Source: Sphyrna mokarran
Taxonomy: Eukaryota
NCBI GenBank assembly: GCA_024679065.1
Contig: JAGIQG010000024.1
Location: 26,226,001-26,290,000 of the forward strand
Length of the DNA: 64,000 bases
Direction of reading: 5' to 3'
Shown: positions 49,911 to 62,459 of the stretch, piece by piece
Layout of the letters: each line of letters starts with the position of its first letter
How positions within the stretch are numbered: position 1 is the first letter of the stretch
The notes under the pieces: model-generated
Seen by the model: the letters and a program-made list of their open reading frames with translations, nothing else
The model's database searches: none
Told to the model about the DNA's origin: nothing
Position numbers and translations under genes: made by a program

Positions 49911-51652
49911 ACAAATGCCATTAAATTCCTAGTTACACCTCATTCAACAAGGCATAACTTTTTCAAGGTGTTTTACAGTGGGAATAATAATGTTAATTCA
50001 ATATTTTCTAATCAGATTTCTACCTGAAAGGACTTCAATAGTGCACCCCACGGAAGAGCAAAAAATCACTGGCAGCATCTTTGGGATTTCCACATTTAAT
50101 CACATGTGCGGATGTAACAAGTCACTGCTAGTTTCACAATTGGAAAGAAGTTTTGGCATCATTACAACAGCAAAATTCTGGCTAATTTATTTACCCTCAT
50201 ATTGCAAATCCTTTTTATTCCCTTCTCACTCTTCCATGTCATTGTTATTTATGTGAAAGAGGCAAGCACTCTTACTTGAAAATACTTGGTTTTATTCCAG
50301 TTTTATTCATTCCCTAAAAATTAATTATGCTGTATAAAAGTAAAGCAAATTAAGCTGGATATTAAATAAGGAAAATGATCTCATTAGAAATATTAAAGAA
50401 CTCTACCTTTTAGTTTCTCATCTGGACCACGAAACATTCACAGAAAGTTTGAAGAACATAACAGAGGTTACATAGCTGCATGAAAAAGCTGGTTCAAGTT
50501 ATCCAATACCCATTCCAAAGTAGAAAAGTGTATAATTATAGTTTTGGACAATTTCAGTGAAAGGGAACAAATGTAGAGCAGTTAGTGAGCAGTTCACATG
50601 CGATTTGGAATTAGTGCAATTGACACAGCACACAGTACAGCCTGGCTCCATGAATCAACTTGAACCAATCAATAACCAATCCATATTTATTTTGTACTTT
50701 GAAAATACCCTGTCTTATGATTGGGATTTGGACAAAAGTACATAATTCATTGTAAATAATTGTGCCAGTTATTTCCCTACCAGAAACAATACACAGAATT
50801 GACTTTGGTCAGGTGAGGAAAGGGAGAAAGATGGTAATTGGAAAGAACTGTAGAGACAGATCGAAACATGAATATTGAGGCAACACTCATTTTTCTTTTG
50901 ATTCTAACAATTATTTATAAGATAATTAAAATGCATTAAATCATATTTAGGTGGTAATTTGCAAAGTAAAAATTGTTTCAGAACATTCTTTTCTTGTGAT
51001 CATGGATAATTCAGGGGAGAAGAAATAGTCTATTAAAAACAATCACATCTGAATTGCAAATGCAATGCAGGACAAGAATGCCAGGGAAATGTAAACCATC
51101 CAATTGTGTTCAATACTGGCTTTGTTTGATTTAGGTGGTTGGAATGCTAAGTGCTTCTTGGTAGTTTATCTAAACTAGTCAAAGATTTAATTTTTTTTTT
51201 TTACACAAAAACTTTCTAAGAGCATGAAGCTAGTTCACCTCTTTGAGGTCAGCTTTCTAACCAAACCCCTTTTTGTTGTTGATTTTGTAATTATCCTTCA
51301 GACCAAAGTCTTTTCTGGTAAGCTATTCTACAACACTTTTGGATAAAAACTCTTCTTAACTTTTGTCATTTAGTATTTCAAGCTTTCATTATTGTGAAAT
51401 TTTCTTTGATTTCTGTCTGATCTTAAAATGCTCTTAAAAAATGAGTATTTACTTGGTCAGAGTTCAGATTTCAGACTGGTGAAATAACATAAGAAGCGAA
51501 AGACAGCAAATAAGTGGTGAATTCTGAGAGCCTGGCTGCGGTACTGTGTGCAAAGGGTCAGTCTATCAATGTGGCTGAAAGAACAAAGCCAAAGCCATTC
51601 ACAGGGAAGAGAAGGAAAAAGAGAAAGAGCTGGACAGAGAAGAATTGCCAAC

Positions 51653-51721
51653 CTATTGGAGACTGACTGGAAATCGAAGAATTCGATTCCGAGCGTAACA
51701 ATTTATTCCCTTGATGATGAA
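51653..51721 (-). CDS. macf1: MACF1 69-nt cassette exon directly after the GAR domain
   Basis: ttttctgtcatttctttctag|(V)HHQGNKLLRSESNSSISSQSPI+G|gttggc; phase 1/1, frame-neutral; similar to the VHH...RS(D/E)S.SSI segments of MACF1 and DST isoforms. Confidence 0.88.
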   Translation of the reverse strand, partial: FIIKGINCYARNRILRFPVSLQ

Positions 51722-54700
51722 CTAGAAAGAAATGACAGAAAAATCTGAAACTCAACCAGACAGATTGGAAAAGAATAGCAATGTCATTTACTTAGTGGAC
51801 TTGCACATGTCAACACCTTAACCATTTTCCCTTCAATAAGGTCTTTTCCTTTCTGACCCATGCTGACCAAAATAGATTTCAATTTTAAAGCAGCAGAACC
51901 CTTGCAATGTAGTGCCCTGGAGTTCCAAGGTACTCAGCCATTGATCAAATGGACACAGGCTGTCAGTTTGAACCCTCAATCGTAAGAGGCATTTCCTTCA
52001 TGGGAAGGAATCTAGTCAGAAGGATCTGTGACTTTGAAGATACTGTTGGTTATGGGGAGGGAATTGTGGAAACTTGGAAGCAAGTTTCCAACTGTTCTGA
52101 AAGGGTAAAATTGAAGTTACAAAGAAAATAAAATTAAATTAGGAATTAGCAATAATCAAGAGCACAATAAATTGGGAGAGTTGACAGGTGAATAAAGAAT
52201 ATTGTAGCTCAAGTTGGTGTCAATCTCTGCGAAAGTTAAAAGACTTCTCAAATAGTTTTAGGAATTGTTTATCAGAAAATCATATTATAATAACCATTTG
52301 AATTTAATTTTTGTTTTGCTGGTTTAACGTTTACTAATAACGACCTAATTGAAGTTGCATTTCTGCATGCAGCTTGTCGGCACCAATTGTTTCACAATCT
52401 AGATGCCACAAGTTTGAGTTCCAGCACTGTCTTGAATTCAAACTCACTGAGTTCATCAAACATGATCAATATTGTGATTTTTGTTTTGGAGGGGTTCAAT
52501 AACTTCTATGACATGCCGAGAGTTCATTTTACTTGACCAATACAACCCTGTCTATTTGCCCATCAACTTGAAGGGATTTTTTTTTTTTAATCAGTTCGAG
52601 TTGGCTGTTCAATTTTTATTTAAATCTTAATTTGGTTACACCAAATCTGTGTGAATGCATTTTGAAGATATTTATTCTCAAAGTGGATTTTTTTATGGAA
52701 TGAAAAATTTTCTAGCTTCATGTTTCTGAACATCTGAAATTCTTCTACCAGTAATTGTAGAGAAAACTGCAACTATCTGTCTTGATTTTTCAGTTGAAGA
52801 AGATAGATTGGAGGAGTTTGGTCATACTGCGCAAGAGAATTAATCTTTTAAAAGAAGATTGTTTTTGTAACTGATATTAACAGAGGATGGTGGGTGCAAA
52901 AGGGAAAATTCTAGCAAATTTCCCTGATAAAGTTTATTAACAATGTCTTTGCAAAATTTGTTTTAATTAAAGGTTGGACTTCTAATGCCTTTGGTATCTT
53001 GCAAGCTTGGGTAGGAACACAGATTTGCAGTTACGTGCAAGAACATCAAGTAGAAAATCTTCAGACAGACAGATAAAATAGTTAAAAGCCTTAGCAGAGG
53101 AAATAAAAGGAGCTTAAACAGTGTTAGAGAGTTAGACAACAGAAGTTCAGAACTAAGTTTCTTATTTAAACATTTTAGCTAGTTTGAATACTAACATACT
53201 TTTATAGTATGATGTATTTCTAAACTTATTCTTTTATCTCCAAGTTATAGAATGGTTTATGTTTGGATGTACATTCTAAAAAACAATTTAAATTTACATG
53301 AACTAGTATAGAAGAACTATACCAGTTCTTAGCTACAGCAATCCAAAATCCCACTGTCCTGCTCTCCATTCCTTCCGTCATATGGCCCTATGTCTTCCAA
53401 GGTTTCAAATATTTAGCTTGTCATCTCTTAAGAGATAGGACATTTTTGGTCACAATGTTTTGTACTCCAACAACTTCTGCTGCTTAAAGGATTTCTCCTT
53501 CATCATTCTCTTCACTTTTGGTGACAATTGACGATAGAGCCGAGAACAACAAGAATTCACTCTACTACAAGTCATCATTTTAAAAATACCTTAATAAACC
53601 TGCTTTTAGCATCTGTTGATTTAGAGAAAAAAGTCATAGTAGGTGGAATCTTCCACTTTAGTGCTGGCTGATATGAGAAAACTGGCGTGCAGCTCTCCAG
53701 CTGCATATATACCCACCTTATCTCTCCAAATATTCTGTGCTCTCTAGACAACACCCCCCCCCCTTCACCTGGTTTTCTTCACCTGGTTCATGTTTTGTTA
53801 AAATTGTTGCAAAGTTAATTGATGTGACAATTTTTAACACAGGGATAACATATGGTGGAGAACCCCTCTAACTATATTATAATTTATGGAAATGAGATTC
53901 CTGCCTCATTACATCACTGGCAAGGAGTGTGGAAAATTGGAAAGTTAGATTCTGCTGCCATGTTTCTCACTTTCTGAATCTTGAGAGATCTTGTGCCCAC
54001 GTTGTCACGTGTTCATGGCAAATGTGGGTGCAAAACAACCTCCAGTATCGCATTTCAACTACAGCTTTTTGTCCAGAGATCATCCTAGCAAAACCATTCT
54101 GTACCCACTTTCTAGCTTGAATGATACTTTTGGTGTTGGTTACCTAAAAATGTACAGTACAAAACTGTGCCTTAACAAATGTTTTGGACAAACTGATCAT
54201 TACTGCTTTATTTTTATATTTGACTCTTTAATAAAACTTAACACTTGTCATTTGTCAGCCTTTTTCATGGATTTATCCACTTGCATTTTCACTTCCAGGG
54301 AACATTGTTTTTGAGTCCATACAATTCTCTGTTCATCCATCCCTGTCTTTCCATTGAGTGCACACACCCTTTCCTTTCATATTTCCTTACATCTATTTTG
54401 ATTCCACTAACCTATTCTAAAGAGTTGGATTGGATTTGAAACATTAACCATTTCTCTCACAGGCTGTCAGCCCTGCTGAATTTTTCCAGCATTTTCTGTT
54501 GTATTCCAATAACCTGCTTTGACCTTCCTGAAACCTGTTACAGTCCTCATCACTGTTAAAACTCATTTTTATGCTGTGTTTCACATACTTTTAGGCATCG
54601 AATAATACCACGTCAACTTTAATTTCACCATGTGAAAGTCATTATTTTAAACTTTTATGGTGATTACAGGGAAATTTCAAAGCTAGTTTAAATATATTGT

Positions 54701-55429
54701 TATATCCTTATACTGAAATACAAGCAACGTTGGGTGAAATATCATCACATTATTATACCTGCTAAATAATACCAGCAAGATACTGTTTGTAATAACTGAT
54801 TTCACAGAAGAGAATTATTGGGATTCTCTGGTCCTGCTGCAGTGAATGGAGATTTGGCTGAACGTCATTTTTTGTTCTGGCTGGCAGCGACAGTGGGGTG
54901 TGAACAGCCAAAGAATTCTGGCCTACATTAGTATATTTTCCTAAATTATACATACGATACCTGAAATAGGCAAGGGTATAATAAATTAATTTTGGGATTC
55001 AATCTTACAATTGAAGCTATTTTCAAAGGTGTTAAGCATGTAAAAGCACTTCAAATACGAGCTCCAAGCACTGAAGCACATTTTTAATACTTTCATTCCA
55101 TAACCTTAGTTGGTACTTTCTGACCATTCTTGTTGGCAGAACCTTCCCCTGCCATAGGTTTCTCGTTGGCAAGATGTTCATTCCACGAAAAGCCTTGTTG
55201 ACAATGGTGGACCCACAAGATCCTGCTGCCAACCAATAGAAGACTGCCTCCCACCACAGTGAAACATGCAACGGATTGTGTGGTAAATCCCACCCCTTTT
55301 CTATAAACTATATTGTGTATTAGTGTACAATACATAAAATAATTACATCACAAAGGCAGAATTGTTCAAGACCTACTGGCAATGGTAGAGAAGTTTAAGA
55401 TAAGAGCATCTCCTCTCATTCGATCTTAC

Positions 55430-55547
55430 CTCTGCAGGGGTCATTTTTCACTAAGAATTCATCCAATGCCATCCAGCCTCCTCCAACACGGACCATTACA
55501 GTGCTTCGCAGAATACGCACCAGGCGCAACTGCTGAGAATCCCCAAA
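55430..55547 (-). CDS. macf1: MACF1 GAR (GAS2-related, microtubule-binding) domain exon
   Basis: ttctacag|[39 protein letters not shown]+G|gtaaga; 118 nt; the canonical spectraplakin GAR sequence. Confidence 0.97.
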
Positions 55548-55614
55548 CTGTAGAATCACAAAAATGAAAGTTAATTTTGAAGACTAGTTATTTCACTTCT
55601 CAAACGAAAGCATA

Positions 55615-55840
55615 ATAGTGTGGTTGCTGGAAATCCGTAAGAACAAAAAGTGTTGAAAATACTCAGCAATTCTGGCACCTGTGGTCAGAAACAAAGTTAA
55701 TGTTTCAAAACAATTATGACTCATTTTCAGAGCACTGCAACTCCAGTTCTGAAGCACTTTCATATTTGATTTCAAACATTAATTGTTTCTCTCTCTAGAA
55801 ATACCATAAAACTTGAGTTTTTCCAACACTTAATTTTTTA
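55615..55840. mobile_element. Degraded palindromic Penelope-derived repeat (same family as 5075-5290)
   Basis: AAAAAGTGTTGAAAATACTCAGCA...AAACAAAGTTAATGTTTCA pairs with AAACATTAATTGTTTCTCTCT...TGAGTTTTTCCAACACT. Confidence 0.55.
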
Positions 55841-58800
55841 TTACCACTTCTCAGCTTCCAATTGGCCAACTGAAATAATTTTCACCCATTGCATGTTCTT
55901 TCTCTTCTCTTCTCTTTTGAATAAAGATGGGGATATCCTCTTTCAAAACTGCTGCCGATGCTATCTCATCTGACCACTTAGTGAGTTAGTTGGCAGTGGA
56001 TTAAAGCAATTTAATTGTTTCTTGTGTTCACTGATTTCTACTCAATAACCGCCCCCAATGTCAGACTGTAATTCAGATAGCCAAAACAGTTTTAAAAATA
56101 AGATGGAAAGGGCAATGCCAAAACCATTGAAGTTTCAACATTTTCTGTATTATGGCAATTCAAATTTGTAACCCTCCAAGCCAGAGTTCCTAATCTCAAA
56201 TGCAAGGCATAGCCAAACACAGGCCAGAAGCCTTTCCACTGGAACTGCAGAAACAGAAAAACTGTTAAACAGTCACATCATAAAGGCTGGAGGTGTTACT
56301 GCAAAAATAGCATTAGAGCTTGGAGATGAGACTTCATCTCCACACATTACTAAAATGGAGAAAATTTTACTTCTTCAGATTTGCCAATGGGAAACGTTTG
56401 ACTTATAACACCTGGAAATCAGCAGCGAACGAACCAACTCATTATACCAAATTTTGGGTTAATCCAAATGTAGGTTAATGATTTAAACCAGCAACTGTAC
56501 TTAGTGGTGAAAATTATTTTATATTTTTCATATTCTAACCACATAACATTTGACTTCTGAATCATTCATAAGCAACCGAAATTCCACCCACAATTTGCGG
56601 GTCAGCTTAGAAACTCGTAAGTCATAGAATTTAAAATGATAATTTTTGTCTGTTTTGATAGTATTATTGTCCTTGAGTTAGACAAGGATATGGTTTTATC
56701 TGTTTAATTCATTCATACTGTACAATGCTGATTTAACACATTTAACCGCTGTACCAACCATTCATTTCATGCAAGTGCTATTCTGGCAGATTTATAAGTT
56801 GTCACCACACGTTTCATACAGGTTTATGGATTTGATAAGTTACTTGCTGTCTTCACTTAGCCTTACACCACAATAACTAATGGTATACGTGGTGCTAGAG
56901 AAAGGATAAGATAATTGACTTTTATCATATGGGCATGAATAGTAATTGTTCTACACTTTGTACTTACCAGAATAAAACATGACTTCCTTAGTAGTGAGGC
57001 TACTAATTTAACATTCTTACAATCTCTGCATAATAATGTAGATTATTGTAGATTTTTTATAATTTAATGCAATGGTAACATGCATTGTGAATCTTTCAAG
57101 AACAGGTCTATCCTACTTTTGCATGTTACTTACAAATAAAGCCCTCTATCATGCATGTTGACTGTGTGCTGTTGTGTTCTGCTGTGTTCTGCAGTAACTA
57201 AACTTGCAAACCTGTACTTGTGATGACACTATATCTCCTTCATTCACTGTTTTATAAAGTCTGGCACAGAATTTTCGTTCATACAAATAACAGTTTTGGT
57301 TTTGTGGCAAAATTCTTTGGATGTTTAATTTCAAGGGTAAGCTGGATACAATCTTGTTGTCCGAAAACACAGTGCACGAAGTAAGACCACTGGCAACTGG
57401 CAAAGGATTTTGATTGTGCATGAAGTACTCAAATTTAATCTTCAAAGAGAGGTCAGCTCCAAATGTTATCAGGAAAATCTTGCAATGATCATGTAATTTT
57501 AAACATTCACTTCACAAATAGCCCATATAATAAAATCAATAACTTAGAGAATAAGTGGTTACTGTCATCCTTTCAATTGTCACAAAAATAATTGAGATAA
57601 CTAACTTACCCTAATAAGGCTAATGAATTGGAAGCCTTTCACAGACATGAAAGAATTTCAATAATCACTCATTTTCAGCAAGTTATTTCATAAATATTCA
57701 TCAAATCATAAGGAACTGGAGAAAGCCCATGTGTGATACAGCAGTGAAAACCATTCATCCCAAAATATAGAGCTCACAACATGCTATCGTGCTGAGTAGA
57801 GGTGCAACAGTTATTTAAAATAATCGTAGGCTGTGTCCTACTTGCAGACTTCAAATACTTCCTTAGCCCAGAAAATTAAATTCAGAAGCAAAGATGATAA
57901 ATGCAACAGTGTAAATGAACAGATCCAAATCTAAACTATGCAAAAGTTGTCAAAAAAACCATTTAAAATGTGACTTTTTTGGGGGCGGGGAGGGGTTTAC
58001 TGGGGAGCAAAATTCATTATCCAATAGTCTTTAAATAATAATGTGTATAACTGTCACACCCCTATAACTTATAAAAGGGCATGCAGATTGGTGAAGTGCT
58101 ATCAAGTTGATTAGCGTGTTGGTAAGAAATCAGCCTCAGGATAAAGACTTGCCATCAGACTTATCCAGTATTAGACTACTAATTTACTATTCTTACATTC
58201 CCTGCATTATAATATACGCAATTGGAGATTGTTCATAGCTTAATGCAGCACATTCTATATCAAAATTCAATACTGATATCAATATTGCATATATCAATAT
58301 TCAATATCAGCCATGGGATTTCTTGTATTTCTGATAATACTGAATAAATCTGCTAAGCAAGGAATTCCATTATAAATATCACACAGTGTTTCTGAATATA
58401 ACTGTCTTAACTGTACAAACACACTGATATCACACAAAGGTGCAGTAGAGCATACCAAAGAGGGAGTTCAGACAGATACAAATATTCACTGTTGCACTGT
58501 TTTGAAATGTTGGAATTCAACATATAATTCCTCTATAGATGACATGCATTTCAAATTTAAAATGCTGCATATTCAGTATTTTAGTCCTAAAATAAAGTTT
58601 TATATGATCTGAAACATTCATGTAATAGTGTGTTGCACATGCCCGAAAAACATTGCTCCTCAAAACTAAGCCAAACACTGTGAGATATAGTTAATTTCAT
58701 ATCCCTATATATTCAGCATATGGAATGCGAAAGATTTCATTAAATCAATTCAGTATCAAAATCACACCCACCCTTCTAAGTGACTTGTCGTCAAAATTTC

Positions 58801-59480
58801 AAGCATACATAGCAGACTGCATTTAAGTTATTAATCAGTCAATAAATTCCTGGGAATACTTCCACAAAAGGATCAACCAGAACGATCTGGTACCAGATCG
58901 CTTGCAGATTAGAGCTAAAAGAGCATCTGAAAATTCTTTCAACTGTCCAAAACATTTAGCATACAATAACCAACTTCAACTATTTCATTGCTCGCTAAAT
59001 ATTGATGCTAATGTTTAATGTGAATATTTAATGTAAATGTTTAACATGAAAAATACTTGTTTTTTTTCAACCCATTAACAATTTTTAAAATATTTAAACA
59101 CTCTCAAAAGTTTCTACATAAAGAAATCTGAAACACCAAAAAGGCTGCTCAAGTATTTTGTTTAAATGGTAAGTACAAAAGGTATACCAAAGTAATGTGG
59201 TCAGATGCAAATTTCTGGCAAAAAAAATCTCTGCCCAAATAGCTTAGTTACTGACATAATCTACATATTTAATATTTTCACTTCCTTCTTAAATATATTT
59301 CATAAGTACTCAGTAAGATTTTGTTTTCTTTTTGCACTTTCTGACAATGTATGTTTGGAACGATTGACAGAATTTTTCTAGGTGCTCGGTGGAAGACAAA
59401 AAGAACCATTTACATGCATATCAAAGTGGGCATTCACAGCACACATCATTTTTTTGTTTAGTACACAGAGTGCACTGTAC

Positions 59481-59498
59481 CTGATTTCCAAGGAAGAA
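59481..59498 (-). CDS. macf1: MACF1 18-nt microexon FFLGNQ inside the GAR domain
   Basis: ttttctctctctcttcatattgtcttgctggatgtag|TTCTTCCTTGGAAATCAG|gtacag; phase 0/0; FFLGNQ is the known optional hexapeptide between ..KYR and FGDSQQ. Confidence 0.93.
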
Positions 59499-61190
59499 CT
59501 ACATCCAGCAAGACAATATGAAGAGAGAGAGAGAAAACATTTAGAAATATGTGGTAAGCACATTCAAAAGTAAAATTCCATTGCAATGGGATTATATATA
59601 CATATATATAAATGGCAGTACATAGTAGAATACAGTAGGCAATTTATTAGACTTACAGTGATGCAAATGACTAAATTCATATCCCTTTCTCAACTTCAAT
59701 TTTATATATTTATTTTAATCAAACTAATTTACTAACGAACTTAGCAAATGTCCATACTAAGTAGGAGCAATGAAGTTTTTAATCACTTATTTTCAGTACT
59801 AGCTATTCCAGTTATAAACTGATCATTTAAAATGATTTAAGATTAAGAGTATACCTTTCTGCTTTTGGTTAAAACAACAGCATTGAAAAGTCTAATTCCT
59901 TATAACTGTAAATATGTGAAGAAGTGGTTTATGATTGGAAAATTTCCTCAACCCTAATAAGAATTGAGAATTCACATCAAGTTGATGGCTTAATAATTAT
60001 ACGATTCAATTTACAGGATCATATTTGTGATATTTCCACTTCATAGAGTAATAAGATTTCATGGTGTTGTAAATAGAGAAATGAACAGACGCTACACTGT
60101 TCTAATTAAAATGATTAGTTACAGTTTATAAAAGGGGAAGTGACTGACTGAAAACTGACGAGACAAGATGGAAATTAATTTACATTACAGCTGCTTCCCT
60201 CAGTCCAACCAGACAGACCCCATTGTTACATTCTCAAGTCTTGGCTGGTTGCAACTTGAACATGAACAAACGTGCAGAGAACGATCTCTAACGGGAGATT
60301 CGATGTTCTCTAACCTAAGAGCAAGTAGCTTGCAAAGTGTTCATGGAAATGTAACACATTCCAGAAACTCTGCAAGTCTAATTTGATACCGACTCCCCCA
60401 GGGTGTTTTTCCTTAGCTTCACTTTGGAAGGCGGTGGCTCTCTACTGTGTTGACAGTCCTGATTTAGCTTTGTATTGACAATCTGCAGTGTAAATGGACC
60501 CTTAACGAACTAATAAATCTTGTAGACATGCTAAGCTCCTCCATGTTGAAGAATTCTTAGCTATTGATTATTACAGAGCATTCAGAATCTTTGAGAGTAA
60601 TTAGCTTGAAACCTTGCTAGCTAGCTATGTTTCCTATAGTATAAAGATGGTACTTCTAGAACATAGCAGAATCTACTGCACACAAAGACTTCTTTACCAC
60701 AGGAAAGCTATTTTAGTAACTGGAAATTTAGCACTGGAAATAATGCCTGTGTACATCTCTCCTCGTTGGCTGCAACTTTGTAACAGTTTTTATGCAAACA
60801 AGTATCAGTACTGTATCTATTATAGAAATTGATGTAACAGAAAAACTGAAAGGATTACAATAAATGTTCAAAAACTGTAGGGCATTAGATCCAATTAAGA
60901 AGAAGAAAACCGAACCAGTGCGGCATGATACAAGTGTTGGGATACAGGCACTTGTAACTTATAAAGGGAAAAATGTCAATCTTTCCTGCTTCCTACTGCC
61001 ATTAATCCCATTTTGGAAGAGAGCAAAACGTGCATGTGGTGATCTTTCACATCCCTTTTCTTGGTAAATGTTGCTTGTCTAACTTCTCCCAGAATGCACC
61101 AGTAAAGTCACTTAGCTGCATCTACTGGATGTTTACAAATACAGCTCAACTATGCTGCCATTCTTTAACGATTGGTCTACCCACTACTCA

Positions 61191-61395
61191 CTGATGTTGA
61201 GTTGTCGGCGTTGATTGGTGGAGGCACAGTAAGTAGTTTCACAACACCAGGTTAAAGTCCAACAGATTTATGAGGTAGCACAAGCTTTTGGAGCATTGCC
61301 CCCTCACCTAATGAAGGGGCAACAGTTCGAAAGCTCATGCTACCAAATAAACCTGTTGGACTTTAACCTGGTGTTGTGAGATTACTTATTGTGCC
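61191..61395. mobile_element. Fold-back pair of Penelope-like termini (long hairpin) with hammerhead-like core
   Basis: 61223-61306 is the near-perfect reverse complement of 61312-61395 (CACAACACCAGGTTAAAGTCCAACAG / CTGTTGGACTTTAACCTGGTGTTGTG). Confidence 0.85.
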
Positions 61396-61400
61396 GATCA

Positions 61401-61723
61401 CTGTGGCACTGCTGCTTTAACAGCTCCACGGTCCTCGGTTTGATTCGCAGCTTGGGTCACTTTCTGTGTGGCCGTATACACGGTCCCCCGTGTCTTGTAT
61501 GGGTTTCCTCTGGGTGCTCCAATTTCCTCCCACCGTCCAAAGATGTGCAGTTAGGTGCATCGGCCATGCTAAATTGCCCGTTTGTCCCGGGATGCATAGG
61601 TTAGAGGGATTAACACGGATAAATACATGAGGTTACAAGGATAGGACACACGTGGGATTGTTGTTGGTGCAGACTCGATGGGCTGAATGGCCTCCTCCTT
61701 CTACAGTGTAGGGTTTCTATGGT
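61401..61723 (+). mobile_element. HE1-like SINE with LINE-type tail
   Basis: GCACTGCTGC head, GGTTTCCTCTGGGTGCTCC core, TGCAGACTCGATGGGCTGAATGGCCTCCT tail. Confidence 0.8.
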
Positions 61724-62459
61724 TTTTCTCTGGTCAATACATATAAATAATAACTGCTACAATAAATGCTGGGGGAATAATCAGTGACTGTGGAAACGTA
61801 TCCAAGAAGTCAACACTCCAGATGGGGACAGAAAGGAGAATGGAGAAAATGATCTAGAAGGATATACAATTCCTGCAGTGATGTGCCTGGAACTGAGGTT
61901 ATTGACCTCCAACAACCACCATATCTGTATTTCTCCATAAAACATCTCTCATTACACAATTTGGTTACTCTTCTATAACACCACATTTTTAAAGATGACA
62001 TTCTTCTTCCTTGGTCATGCAATGCAATTGTATACTAAATTTCAACAGGCAAAATCATGAAGAACATTAAATACTGATAATAGAATATACAAACTCCAAT
62101 GGAAAACTGAAAAAGGATAGTTCTTCAACTGCAAAGGACATGTAATTATAAAAAAAAATGATTGAAGTGCAGCATTGTCTAGACAGTTGGATATGCGCAA
62201 ACTTCTATATTGTGACTACTCATAGTTAGTAACACAATCCCCAACATGTGTTAGCCTTCAATAATTTAGGTAACTGTGTGCTACAGCGCTGCGGGATAGT
62301 TACACCAAACAAAGAATTGTCCAACATGCTTCTAATAAAATAATCAACAATTTAATCAAAACATATAGAAATTGTGAAACTTTTTATACTTCCTACTTTT
62401 TTTTCCCCATTTTTTACATTTTGTGTGTATAATCATGTGTGTGAACGGTGTGCATTAGG

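Noticed and set aside
50407-50475. Possible 69-nt poison exon (ttttcatgcag|CTATGTAA...AAAG|gtagag)
   Set aside because: Donor is mediocre and such pseudo-exons are common in AT-rich introns; no other support
58883-58900. Perfect 18-bp palindrome CGATCTGGTACCAGATCG
   Set aside because: About 64000/4^9, or ~0.24, are expected by chance in a window this size; no supporting context
34371-59498. Calling the plakin gene dystonin (DST)
   Set aside because: [23 protein letters not shown] and DFDLLETQS are MACF1-type sequences
61921-61950. MEKYR in a minus-strand ORF as the upstream MACF1 exon (..GENKYR)
   Set aside because: Surrounding residues do not match QCKCAKRFQVEQIG and the region looks like CR1 debris; that exon must lie beyond 64000
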